The notes below the pieces were generated by a model. It ran no database searches, was not told the DNA's origin, and saw nothing but the letters and a program-made list of their open reading frames with translations. Source: Gemmatimonadaceae bacterium (lineage in GTDB: Bacteria; Gemmatimonadota; Gemmatimonadetes; Gemmatimonadales; Gemmatimonadaceae). Taken from it: 64,000 nucleotides of DNA. The stretch is from contig JBBDYC010000004.1 in assembly GCA_040901985.1 (NCBI GenBank), positions 73,823 through 137,822 of the forward strand. The letters run 5' to 3'. Positions 40,890 to 53,161 of the stretch are shown here, piece by piece. Positions within the stretch are counted from its first letter, which is position 1; the number at the start of each line of letters is the position of its first letter. Both the position numbers and the translations under genes were made by a program.

Positions 40890-42607
40890 CGTTCGATTGA
40901 CTCCAGGCGCCGCACCGCGATGCGGATCGGCACGATGGTCGCCACGATGCAGACGAGCGCCGCCAGCCCGAATCCGACGAGCATCTCGGTCGGCTCGATC
41001 GGCTGGTCGAACGCGCGCGCCGAGAGGAATCCGTACACCGGTCGCGCCTCGAGGATGACCACGCCGCCAATCACCACCACCGAGGCCATCATGTACAGCA
41101 ACCCGCCGAACGACGTCGGGATCTGCGCCGCGTTCTCGGTCTCGAACTGCGGGAAGAGCGTGCCGAATCCGATCGCCAGCCCGCAGAGGGCGAAGGTCAT
41201 CAGGGTGATCGTGCCAATCGAGACGAAGAACATGAAGTCGGTCACCTCCAGCAGGTAATCCGTCACGCCCACGATCGCCACGGCGAGGATCAGGAGCGGC
41301 AGCGTGCCGACCCAGAACTTCGCCCAGAGGAGGTCGCGCACGGCCATCGGGCTCGACCGCAGCAGCCAGAGCGTACGCCCCTCGAGCGACACGCCGGGAA
41401 AGATGAACCGCGCGGCGATGGACGCGAGCACGAATCCGGCCAGCACGAGATTGAGGAACGGGACGACGTTCACGAGGAAGAACGTGATGCCCTCGCCGCG
41501 CAGCGGGAGGTACTTGATGTTGAAGACGTAGACGACCACCAGCACCGCCAGCAGGATCAGCTGGGACCACTGCGTGGTGTCGCGGAAGAAGAGGCGGAGC
41601 TCCTTCATCACGAGTTCGCGGCGGAGGATGCCGAACGGCCGGAGGAGCCGCGCGCCGAGCGCGCCGAGCACGCCCCGCGCGCGAACGAAGCGCTGCGAGC
41701 TCTCCTGCGCCTTGCTGAAGCCCGCCAGGTAGAGCCAGCGGTGGAGCAGGGCGCCCAGCACCACCACCGCCGCCGCGGTCGTCCAGAGCAGGTAGAGCGA
41801 GAGCCAGTCGGGCGTGCCGCCGAGGTAGCCCATCGTCGCCTTCTGCACCCACTCGCTCGGCAGGAGCGGTGACGTCGGCGTGCGCAGCACCGCGATGAAG
41901 TCCATCAGCGAGCGAAACCCCTCCGGCCGCGCCAGCCGCTCCGGGCGGACGATCCGGAAGAGGAGGACGATGCCGCCGGCGGTGAGCACGGCAATCACGC
42001 TGAGGATGTCCCGCGTGCGACGCGCCGGGAAGATGTTCACCAGCGTCAGCGTCACGGCGCTGCCGATCACCGCCGGGATCACGAACAGCGGCACCATCAG
42101 CAGGACGACGAGGATCGGGAAGAGCCACCCGCCCCGATACACGATGCCGTACGCGGTGAACATCGGGATCGCGACGATGAACACCATCCAGCTCGACGCG
42201 ATCACCGTCTCGAGCAGCTTGGCGCCGTAGAGCCGTAGCCAGTCCACCGGCGCGGCGACGAGCATGTCGAGGTCCTTGGCGAGGAAGAAGCTCGAGAGCG
42301 CGGTGATGACGTTCGACAACAGCAGGATCGAGGTGAAGCCGAGGAGGATCAGCCCCAGCAACTTGCCGGCGAGGAGCGCGCCGATCTCCTCGACGCCGCG
42401 GAAGTAGGTCAGCAGCCGGAAGAGCACACCGAAGACGAAGCCCCAGAAGAGGAGCCCGACGGTGCCGAGGATGGCGAGCCGCGCGCCCCGCCCCTTCTCG
42501 CCCTCGACGGTCCGGGCGCGCGCGGTGAGCCACTTCGGCAGGAGCAGGTGCAGCAACGGGGGATCGGGGAGCGGCGCCTCGGTGCGGCGCTCCCCGGTCG
42601 TCAGCAT
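40886..42607 (-). CDS. Putative ABC transporter permease (multi-TM)
   Basis: About 12 TM helices, KELRLFFRD, SLEGRTLWLLRSSP; follows ABC ATPase. Confidence 0.88.
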   Translation of the reverse strand: MLTTGERRTEAPLPDPPLLHLLLPKWLTARARTVEGEKGRGARLAILGTVGLLFWGFVFGVLFRLLTYFRGVEEIGALLAGKLLGLILLGFTSILLLSNVITALSSFFLAKDLDMLVAAPVDWLRLYGAKLLETVIASSWMVFIVAIPMFTAYGIVYRGGWLFPILVVLLMVPLFVIPAVIGSAVTLTLVNIFPARRTRDILSVIAVLTAGGIVLLFRIVRPERLARPEGFRSLMDFIAVLRTPTSPLLPSEWVQKATMGYLGGTPDWLSLYLLWTTAAAVVVLGALLHRWLYLAGFSKAQESSQRFVRARGVLGALGARLLRPFGILRRELVMKELRLFFRDTTQWSQLILLAVLVVVYVFNIKYLPLRGEGITFFLVNVVPFLNLVLAGFVLASIAARFIFPGVSLEGRTLWLLRSSPMAVRDLLWAKFWVGTLPLLILAVAIVGVTDYLLEVTDFMFFVSIGTITLMTFALCGLAIGFGTLFPQFETENAAQIPTSFGGLLYMMASVVVIGGVVILEARPVYGFLSARAFDQPIEPTEMLVGFGLAALVCIVATIVPIRIAVRRLESIER

Positions 42608-42617
42608 CGGGAGGACC

Positions 42618-43376
42618 TCAGGCGTCGAGGACATCCACCAGCACCCGGGCCGCATTCTCACCCGTCAGTCGCAGGAAGATCTCCTCGAGGCCGCGTTCGC
42701 CCCCCTGGAGGTCGCGCCGCAGGTCGCTCATCGTGCCGTACGCCTTGATCGTGCCCTGCACGATGATCGCCATCCGGTCGCAGAGCGACTCGGCCACCTC
42801 GAGCGTGTGCGTCGAGAAGATGATGGTGTGGCCGCGCCGCGTGTACTCGCGGAAGAGGTCCTTGAGGATCTTTGCCGCCTTGGGATCGAGGCCGATCATC
42901 GGCTCGTCCACCACAATCACCTCGGGCCGGTGCACGAACGCGCTCGAGATGATCAGCTTCTGGCGCATCCCGTGCGAATAGCTCTCGACGAGTTCGTCGC
43001 GCCACTCCTCGAGGTCGAAGAGCGCCAGCAGCTCGCGCGCCCGATGCTCGACCTGCTCCCCTTCCTGGTCGTACAGGCCGGCGACGAAGCGGAGGAACTC
43101 CATTCCGGTCAACTTCTCGTAAATGAACGGACGGTCGGGGATGAAGCCGAGCTTCGATTTCGCCTTGACCGGGTCGGTCGCCATGTCCACGCCGGCGACG
43201 CGGATCGTCCCGCCGGTCGGCTGGAGGATCCCGGCGATCATCCGCAACGTCGTCGTCTTCCCGGCGCCGTTGGGGCCGAGGAATCCGAAAAGTTCGCCCT
43301 TCGGGACGACGAGGTCAATCGCGTCCACGGCCATGAAGTCGCCGTAGGCCTTCGAGAGCCGGTGCAGTTCGATCAT
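42618..43376 (-). CDS. ABC transporter ATP-binding protein
   Basis: GPNGAGKTT, YSHGMRQ, VVDEP, STH. Confidence 0.95.
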   Translation of the reverse strand: MIELHRLSKAYGDFMAVDAIDLVVPKGELFGFLGPNGAGKTTTLRMIAGILQPTGGTIRVAGVDMATDPVKAKSKLGFIPDRPFIYEKLTGMEFLRFVAGLYDQEGEQVEHRARELLALFDLEEWRDELVESYSHGMRQKLIISSAFVHRPEVIVVDEPMIGLDPKAAKILKDLFREYTRRGHTIIFSTHTLEVAESLCDRMAIIVQGTIKAYGTMSDLRRDLQGGERGLEEIFLRLTGENAARVLVDVLDA

Positions 43377-44968
43377 CGTGCGTCGAGGACCTCGATCCGA
43401 AGGGTGCCGACGAGCCGCAGCAACTCGCCCTGGTGGGCAAGTCCGCCCTGGACGAAGCGCAGGTGCGCGGCATCAGCGGGGAACTGTCCAAAGGTGGGAT
43501 CCACCGCGACCCAGTCCCGCAGGCGCACCTCGGGCCACGCGTGGTAGTAGAACTTGCCGTTCACATACGCGAGCCCGGTGGCGATCCGCGCCGGGATCCC
43601 CGCCGCACGGGCCAGCGCCACGTAGAGCTGGGTATGTTCGTTGCAGTCGCCGCGCCGGCTGCGGAGCACCTGCAGCGCGCTTGGCACGGTCAGCGTCACG
43701 ACCTTCTCCAGCGAGTCGTGCACCCAGCGGTTGATCCGCTCGGCCACCACGCGCGGGTTGCGTTCGTTGCCGGCGATCCGGACCGCCAGCTCGACGATCT
43801 CGCGGTGCGTCACCGGGAGCAGCGGTTCGGCGCGGAGTTCGTTGCGCCAGCGCTGGCGGAATCCGACGCCGCTCGTCGCGAGCGTCCAGTCGGCGGCGAG
43901 GACGTCCCGTCCCTCGCGCGTGACGCGCAGCGTGTCGCGGCTCAGCCGCTGGCGGCCGCCGTGGAGATCGAATCCGCCGAGCGGCACCCCGGTCAACCGC
44001 ACGCGCAGCTGGCTCGGTCCGTCGGCGCCGGGCAGTGCGCCGGCCGCGATGGCGGTCCCCTCGAGCAGGTCGCCGAGCGTCGCCGTCGCGGCGGCCGACC
44101 CGCCGGTGGCCGGGCCGCGGGTGCGTCGCCAGTTCTCGAACGCGAGCTCGTACGCGATTCGCCGGAGCGTGATGCCGCCCGGCTGCGTCGCCTCGACGAC
44201 ATTCCCCTGCGCGTCCACCCAGCCGGTGAAGCCAGCGCCCTCCTCGGGCGCGAGCTGCCAGGCGCGCACCGTGTCGCGGTTGGCCTCGACGAAGAGGTCC
44301 GAGGACGCGTCGTAGCGCGCGCTGTCGATGACCGTGAAGACCGATTCGGCGAGGATGCGGATCCGCTGGTCGCGGCGCGTCATCGTCGTGGGATCGAAGC
44401 TCGCCAAGGTCACCGTCCGGCCGACCTTCGGTTGGGCGATGAGGATCGCCGCCGCCGGGAGCAGCGTCGGCACGAGGATCGGCCCCTCGACGGCGATGCG
44501 CTGGGTGTCGGCCGGCTGCCCGGGGGCGCGGATGACGAATGTCACGACGCTGTCACCCTCGGTGCGTCCGGTGACGCCCATCGGCGCGTCGGGGGCGTCC
44601 ACCTGCACATCGAACGCCCGCAGGGCGAGTCCGCGCGAGAGCGTCACCACGCTGCGCGCGCTCGCGCGATAGACGCGGCCGGCGACCGGCAAGTCGGCGA
44701 TGAAGTAGTCCACCACCTCGAACGTCGTGGAGCTCGTGTCAATGCTCGTCGAGGCGAACCCGATCTGCCGGCCATCCTGCTCGACGACGAAGAAGGTCGT
44801 GCCGGGGCCGAGGCGCAGGGCCGCCTCGGCGAGGACCGCGGCGTGCTCGCGGAGGAACTCCCGGTTGATGAGGAGCCCCATCCCGCCGGCCCAGGCGAGG
44901 AGGATGCCGACCGAGAGCAGCAGGCGCCCGCGCGCGCGGGCCGGTCGGCTCGACGCGGTCGTGGTCAC
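43373..44968 (-). CDS. Membrane-anchored transglutaminase-like protein
   Basis: N-terminal TM; catalytic triad GDCNEH, YHAWPE, VDPT. Confidence 0.9.
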   Translation of the reverse strand: MTTTASSRPARARGRLLLSVGILLAWAGGMGLLINREFLREHAAVLAEAALRLGPGTTFFVVEQDGRQIGFASTSIDTSSTTFEVVDYFIADLPVAGRVYRASARSVVTLSRGLALRAFDVQVDAPDAPMGVTGRTEGDSVVTFVIRAPGQPADTQRIAVEGPILVPTLLPAAAILIAQPKVGRTVTLASFDPTTMTRRDQRIRILAESVFTVIDSARYDASSDLFVEANRDTVRAWQLAPEEGAGFTGWVDAQGNVVEATQPGGITLRRIAYELAFENWRRTRGPATGGSAAATATLGDLLEGTAIAAGALPGADGPSQLRVRLTGVPLGGFDLHGGRQRLSRDTLRVTREGRDVLAADWTLATSGVGFRQRWRNELRAEPLLPVTHREIVELAVRIAGNERNPRVVAERINRWVHDSLEKVVTLTVPSALQVLRSRRGDCNEHTQLYVALARAAGIPARIATGLAYVNGKFYYHAWPEVRLRDWVAVDPTFGQFPADAAHLRFVQGGLAHQGELLRLVGTLRIEVLDAR

Positions 44969-45879
44969 GGGCGTTGGGCGTCCCGCGCGCGACGATAGAA
45001 AATCGCCGCCTCCGGCGACCGACCGAGTCGGTCGAGGACGATCCCGACGCCCTTGAGCGCGCGCCAGTGCTCCGGATCGAGTTCGCTGGCGCGCTCGTAC
45101 GCGGCGAGCGCCTCGACGAGCCGGTCGGCGTGGTTCAACGCCTCGCCGACGAAGTAGTGGGCCATCGCGTTTTCCGGCGCCAGTGCCACCCCGCGCTGGA
45201 GCGGCTCGATTGCGTCCCGCCAGCGGCCGCGCCGGCAGGCGAGCATCCCCGTCTGCAGGAGGACCTCGGCGTCGTCGGGTCGGAGCTTGGCGGCGCGCCG
45301 GATCATCTTCGCGGCGTCGTCGTAACGGAGTTGGGTGCCGTAGACGGACGCGCGGGCGCAGCTGATGGCGAAGTCGTCGGCGCCCGCGGCGGCGGCGGCA
45401 TCGAGCGCGGCGAGGGCCGCGCCGGAATCGCCTGAACGCTCGAGCGCCGCGGCAAAGGCGAGCGCCCGTTGCGTATCGCCCGGCGTCTGCTCGAACGCGA
45501 GGCGCAGCGCCTCGATGGTCGGACGGAGGGCGCGCGGCGGCGCCGGCGCCTCGGGGCGAGGCCGCACCACCGTGCCGACGGACGGGTCGCGCGGGGCGGG
45601 CCGCGCCGGCGCGCGCCGTGGCTCGGCAGTTGCCCGGAGGGGCGGGACCGGCGTCGCTTTCGTCGGCGTGGTGACGCCGTCCGCCCGTCGGCCCGCAGCG
45701 CGCTCCAGTTCGCTGTCATCGTACGACCACTCACCGCACACCGGCGGCTCGCGCATCGGGGCCACTGCGACCTCGTCGGCCGCCGCCGCGCCGGCGCCGT
45801 CGAATGGCAACAGCGGCTCGCCCTCGAACATCCCGAGGGGGAGCTGCTCTGGGTCGGGGGCGGAGATGGGCTCGTCCAA
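44965..45879 (-). CDS. TPR protein with Pro/Ala-rich N-terminus (start uncertain: 45879 or 45831)
   Basis: C-terminal TPR repeats ([27 protein letters not shown]); stop overlaps transglutaminase GTG. Confidence 0.78.
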   Translation of the reverse strand: MDEPISAPDPEQLPLGMFEGEPLLPFDGAGAAAADEVAVAPMREPPVCGEWSYDDSELERAAGRRADGVTTPTKATPVPPLRATAEPRRAPARPAPRDPSVGTVVRPRPEAPAPPRALRPTIEALRLAFEQTPGDTQRALAFAAALERSGDSGAALAALDAAAAAGADDFAISCARASVYGTQLRYDDAAKMIRRAAKLRPDDAEVLLQTGMLACRRGRWRDAIEPLQRGVALAPENAMAHYFVGEALNHADRLVEALAAYERASELDPEHWRALKGVGIVLDRLGRSPEAAIFYRRARDAQRP

Positions 45880-45884
45880 CGGCC

Positions 45885-46026
45885 GACGGGAGATGGGAGA
45901 GGTGAGACGCGAGAGGAACACGGTAATCTAGCGCCTGTGATAGACGCTTACGGGGTGCGCCGGGCCTCACGCCGCCGCCGCCGTCGCCCCGCCTCCCCTC
46001 TGCGATCTCGTACCGCCCACCTTCCA
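45885..46026. repeat. 7-bp-periodic purine arm / pyrimidine arm element upstream of uvrA
   Basis: GACGGGA GATGGGA GAGGTGA GACGCGA (45885-912) and CCTCCCC TCTGCGA TCTCGTA CCGCCCA CCTTCCA (45992-46026). Confidence 0.5.
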
Positions 46027-46058
46027 TAAATGTCCTTCCCAAGCGAACTTGCGTGACT

Positions 46059-48875
<2,817 letters not shown>

Positions 48876-48954
48876 GCGACGGCGGAGCGACAACCGGGCG
48901 CCGCGCCGCCCGTGCCACCCGCAGTCCCCGCAGCCGCGCGATTAGCTTTGGGGC

Positions 48955-49629
48955 ATGGTCTCGATTCTCGACATCATCGGCCCCGTGATGGTCGGGCCGT
49001 CCAGTTCGCACACCGCCGGTGCCTGCCGCCTCGGGCTCATCGCGCGCGACCTGGTCGGCGGCACACCGACCACGGCCCTGATCGAGTTGCACGGCTCGTT
49101 TGCCCGCACCGGCGAGGGCCACGGCACCGACAAGGCGATCGTCGGCGGGTTGCTCGGCTTCCGCCCCGACGACGAGCGCCTCCGCGACGCGTTGACGATC
49201 GTGGAAAAGGAAGGGTTGGCGTATCGCTTCGAGAAGACGACGCTCGGCAGCGAGCCCGACATCCATCCGAACTCGGTGCGCATCACCGTCGCGCGCGCCA
49301 AGCGGCAGCACGTGATGCTCGGCGCTTCGCTCGGCGCCGGCCGCATCCGGGTGAGCGAGATTGACGGCTACCCGGTCGAAGTGAACGGCGCGCACCACAC
49401 CATCGTGATGGTGGCCGAGGACGTGAAGGGCTCGATTGCCCGCATCGCGGGGATCCTCAGCGAGAACGGCGTCAACATCGCGACGCTGCGGCTGACGCGG
49501 AAGCATCGCGGCGGCGATGCGTTCATGGTGATTGAGGTGGACGAGCGACCCGATGCCACGGTGGGCGAGGCGCTCGGCGCCCTCGGTTGGGTGAAGTGGA
49601 CCCACCGCATTGACAAGGTGGGCGGCTGA
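48955..49629 (+). CDS. sdaAB: L-serine dehydratase, Fe-S dependent, beta subunit
   Basis: GPVMVGPSSSHTAGA, GHGTDKA, HPNS, C-terminal ACT domain. Confidence 0.94.
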   Translation: MVSILDIIGPVMVGPSSSHTAGACRLGLIARDLVGGTPTTALIELHGSFARTGEGHGTDKAIVGGLLGFRPDDERLRDALTIVEKEGLAYRFEKTTLGSEPDIHPNSVRITVARAKRQHVMLGASLGAGRIRVSEIDGYPVEVNGAHHTIVMVAEDVKGSIARIAGILSENGVNIATLRLTRKHRGGDAFMVIEVDERPDATVGEALGALGWVKWTHRIDKVGG

Positions 49630-50507
49630 TGTACGGCTCGTTGCACGAGGCCATCCGCGACGCCGAGGCGCGCGGCGTCCCGCTCTCCACGGTGGCGCTG
49701 GAGATCGAGTCGCGCGACCAGGGGCGGAGCATCGAGAGCATCCGGGAGGCGCTCGGACGCGCCCTCGCCGTGATGCGCCACGCGGTGGAGCAGGGGCTGA
49801 CCGGGGACCTGCGGTCGAACTCCGGGCTCGTCGGCGGCGACGCCGCCAAGCTCCGCACCGGCCCCGACGGGCCGCTCGCCGGCACGGTCTTCCGCGACGT
49901 GCTGATGCGGGCGCTGGCGGTGCAGGAAGTGAACGCCGCGATGGGCGTCATCGTCGCCGCGCCGACCGCGGGCGGCGCCGGCGTGCTCCCGGCGGTGCTC
50001 CTCGGCATCGCGAGGCAGAAGGCGATGCGCGATGCGCAGCTCGTGGACGCCTTGGCCACCGCCGGGCTGATCGGCGCGGTGGTGGCCCAGCGCGCCTCGC
50101 TCTCGGGGGCCGAGGGCGGCTGTCAGGCCGAGACCGGGGCCGCCGCCGGGATGGCGGCCGGCGCGGCCACCGAGATGTTGGGCGGCACCCCGTCGCAGGT
50201 GGGCCACGCGGTCGCCCTCGCCCAGCAGGGCACCCTCGGGCTGGTCTGCGATCCGCTCGGCGGGCTGGTCGAGCTCCCCTGCGTCTTCCGCAACGCCACC
50301 GGCGCGGCGATTGCGCTTGCGGCCGTCGAAATGGCGATGGCCGGGATCACCTTTGCGATCCCGGCGGACGAGGTCATTGACACGATGGGCGAGATCGGTC
50401 GGGAGATGGATGTGCGCTACCGCGAGACGGCGGGCGGCGGGCTCGCCGCCACGCCCACCGGCCGGCGACTGGCAAAGGAACGGCTGACGCAGATCAAGCG
50501 CGCCTGA
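49629..50507 (+). CDS. sdaAA: L-serine dehydratase, Fe-S dependent, alpha subunit
   Basis: APTAG, GAEGGCQAE, GLVCDP...PC, RETAGGGLA. Confidence 0.94.
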   Translation: MYGSLHEAIRDAEARGVPLSTVALEIESRDQGRSIESIREALGRALAVMRHAVEQGLTGDLRSNSGLVGGDAAKLRTGPDGPLAGTVFRDVLMRALAVQEVNAAMGVIVAAPTAGGAGVLPAVLLGIARQKAMRDAQLVDALATAGLIGAVVAQRASLSGAEGGCQAETGAAAGMAAGAATEMLGGTPSQVGHAVALAQQGTLGLVCDPLGGLVELPCVFRNATGAAIALAAVEMAMAGITFAIPADEVIDTMGEIGREMDVRYRETAGGGLAATPTGRRLAKERLTQIKRA

Positions 50508-50645
50508 GAGCATCTCCCGGCGCGGTAACGCGCCGCGCCGGGGAGCTATCGCGTGGTCCAGACTGGCGTTGGGACCGCTCCCGATGAAACTTTCAGCCGC
50601 ATCGGTGGCGTATCTCTGGATGTCCCCATACCCACGGAACTCGGC

Positions 50646-51050
50646 ATGGTCACCCCGGAACAACTCGAAGGATTCCTCGGCCGGCTGGAGAGCGAAGGCG
50701 CCACGTACTCGGAGGTCGAGCCCGGACTCTGGGCTGTCCGCCCGGGCGGCGAACTCGACCTCACCGTCGTCGTGCACCATTCGCCGCCGGTCGTCGTCCT
50801 CCGCGTGAAGGTGATGGAGCTGCCGAAGGCCGCCAAGGCGACCAACGCGCTCTGCCGCCGGCTGCTCGAACTCAACGCCACCGACCTCCTCCACGGCTCC
50901 TACGGGATCCAGCAGAACGAGGTCGTCCTGACCGAGGCCCTCGAGCTCTCGCACCTCGACTACGAGGAGTTTCTCGTGGCCTTCGAGAGCATGACCCTCT
51001 CGCTCGCGGCCCATCTCCGCGAGCTCTCCACCTTCCGCGAGGCGCGCTGA
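50646..51050 (+). CDS. CesT/YbjN-like chaperone-fold protein
   Basis: Acidic 134 aa, RRLLELNA...HGSYGI pattern; ATG 50646; directly upstream of pspA. Confidence 0.72.
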   Translation: MVTPEQLEGFLGRLESEGATYSEVEPGLWAVRPGGELDLTVVVHHSPPVVVLRVKVMELPKAAKATNALCRRLLELNATDLLHGSYGIQQNEVVLTEALELSHLDYEEFLVAFESMTLSLAAHLRELSTFREAR

Positions 51051-51052
51051 CG

Positions 51053-51820
51053 ATGGGCATCTTCGACCGACTCGCCACGCTGCTGAAGTCCAACATCAAC
51101 GACCTGATCTCGCGTTCGGAGAACCCGGAGAAGATGCTGGATCAGATCGTGGTGGACATGCGCAATCAGCTGGCGCGGGCCAAGCAGCAGGTGGCCGCCG
51201 CGATCGCCGACGAGAAGCGGCTGAAGGACCAGGCGGAGGCCGAGTACAAGCAGGCGGCGGACTGGGAGGCGAAGGCGATGCTGGCGGTGAAGGAAGGGCG
51301 CGACGACCTCGCCAAGCAGGCGCTCGTGCGCCACACCGAGTACCTCGAGCACGGGCAGGCGCTCGAGACGACCTGGCAGGCGCATCGGCTCGAGACCGAG
51401 AAGCTCAAGAACTCGCTGCGCGACCTCAACGACAAGATCGAGGAGGCCAAGCGGAAGAAAAACCTCCTCCTCGCCCGCCAGCGCCGCGCGCAGGCGCAGC
51501 AGAAGATCTCGGAGACGATGTCGTCCATGTCCGAGAAGTCGGCGTTCGAGGCGTTCGCCCGGATGGAGGAGAAGATCACGTCCAACGAGCGGCTGATCAA
51601 GGCGAGCAGCGAGATCGAGGAGGAGTTCACCGGGGATCGGCTGCAGGGCGAGTTCAAGCAGCTGGAGAAGTCGGCCGGCTCGGCGAGCGCCGACCAGCAG
51701 CTGATTGCGCTCAAGCAGAAGATGGGCCTGCTCGGGCCCGGCGCGTCCGCGCCCGCCAAACGGATCGGCGCCGGTGAGGAGACGGTGAACGCCAAGATCG
51801 AGGACAAGGGGACGAAGTGA
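51053..51820 (+). CDS. pspA: PspA/IM30 family protein
   Basis: MGIFDRL...ENPEKML, GRDDLAKQAL, AFARMEEKI. Confidence 0.93.
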   Translation: MGIFDRLATLLKSNINDLISRSENPEKMLDQIVVDMRNQLARAKQQVAAAIADEKRLKDQAEAEYKQAADWEAKAMLAVKEGRDDLAKQALVRHTEYLEHGQALETTWQAHRLETEKLKNSLRDLNDKIEEAKRKKNLLLARQRRAQAQQKISETMSSMSEKSAFEAFARMEEKITSNERLIKASSEIEEEFTGDRLQGEFKQLEKSAGSASADQQLIALKQKMGLLGPGASAPAKRIGAGEETVNAKIEDKGTK

Positions 51821-53052
51821 ACGACAGTGCCGTGCGGAGGATCTGGATCCTTCCAGGCTTCACCGCAATCCTCGTCACGGTCCTCCTGCTCTGGTTGGCG
51901 GCGACGGTCGCCGACCTGCTCCTCCTCCTCTTTCTCGGCCTCCTGCTCGCCGTCTACCTCGGCGCGGTCACCGATGTCGTGGTGGCCCGCACCAGGCTGC
52001 CCCGCCTCGCCGCCTTCGCACTGACCGTCGTCGGGACGCTCGCCGTCCTCGCCGCCATCGGCTCGCTGCTCATTCCGCCGGTCGTCGAGCAGACGCGCGA
52101 GCTCGTTCGCGTCCTCCCGACGCTCGTCGTCGAGTGGGAGCGCCGCCTCGAGCTGCTGCTGGTCCGCATCCCCGGCACGGAGGAGATTCTCGCCTCGGGC
52201 GAGCATCGGATCTTCGCGGTCGCGCTGGCCGAGGCGCAGCGCCTGCTCGGCAGTCTCGTGCCGCGCCTCTTCGACACGGTGCACCTCGCCATCAACCTCG
52301 TCGCCGTGCTCGTGATGGCGATCTACTTCGCGATCCAGCCGGACATCTACCGCCAACTGGCGCTGAGCGTCACGCCGCCGCAGCATCGCGAGGCGGCGCG
52401 GGAGGTCATCGAGGCGCTCTCCGAGACCTTGCGCGCCTGGACGATCGCCCAGCTTCTCGCGATGACGACCCTCGCTGCGCTCACCGCGCTCGGCCTCTGG
52501 CTCCTTGACGTCCCGTACTGGCTTGCCTTCGGCATCTTCACCGGCCTCGTGGCGATCGTGCCATTTTTCGGCACGCTCGTCTCGACGCTCCTCCCGGCGG
52601 CGTTCGTGATTGCCCAGCCGGGCGGCGGGACCCTCGCCATCCTCGTCATTCTCCTCGGCGTCGTCATCCACGTGGCCGAGAACCAGCTCATCATCCCGAT
52701 GCTGATGCACCGGCGGGTGAACCTGCCGCCGGTGCTGACGATCATGAGCGTGCTGATCTGCGGCAAGCTGCTTGGGCCGTTCGGCCTGCTCGTCGCGGTG
52801 CCGACGCTCGCGGTGGTGATGGTCCTCGTGCGGCGGATCCTGATCGTGCGCGTCTATCAGGACGCCGCAGCGGCGCCGGCGGTGGTCACGCCGGTGCTGA
52901 CCCGCCGCCAGCGGCGCGCGGCGGCCCAACAGGCGTCGCGCACGTCGGGCGCGCATCCGCGTTCGTCCACGCCGCGCGCCGGCACGCCGTCCGTGCCGTC
53001 CGTGCCGAGTGCGCCGGTTGTACCGCGAGACCCGACCGACCCCACGCCCTAG
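51817..53052 (+). CDS. AI-2E family transporter
   Basis: VPFFG, ENQLIIP, LLGPFGLLVAVP; multi-TM. Confidence 0.9.
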   Translation: MNDSAVRRIWILPGFTAILVTVLLLWLAATVADLLLLLFLGLLLAVYLGAVTDVVVARTRLPRLAAFALTVVGTLAVLAAIGSLLIPPVVEQTRELVRVLPTLVVEWERRLELLLVRIPGTEEILASGEHRIFAVALAEAQRLLGSLVPRLFDTVHLAINLVAVLVMAIYFAIQPDIYRQLALSVTPPQHREAAREVIEALSETLRAWTIAQLLAMTTLAALTALGLWLLDVPYWLAFGIFTGLVAIVPFFGTLVSTLLPAAFVIAQPGGGTLAILVILLGVVIHVAENQLIIPMLMHRRVNLPPVLTIMSVLICGKLLGPFGLLVAVPTLAVVMVLVRRILIVRVYQDAAAAPAVVTPVLTRRQRRAAAQQASRTSGAHPRSSTPRAGTPSVPSVPSAPVVPRDPTDPTP

Positions 53053-53161
53053 GCAGGGCAAGCGCCGGAACGCCCGGGCGGCGCCGTGGCCGTGCGACGA
53101 TCTGACGCTCGGCGCGCTGGCACGATGGTGGTCCGCGTCGATCGCGCCCCTAGTCTGCTGC

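Noticed and set aside
40890..42533. N-terminal 548 aa of the 702-aa ORF (apparent large GNAT fusion)
   Set aside because: Off-frame overlap with the permease; the real GNAT starts at ATG 40889
45890..46058. LexA/SOS box upstream of uvrA
   Set aside because: No convincing palindrome or direct repeat matching a LexA motif I can state with confidence
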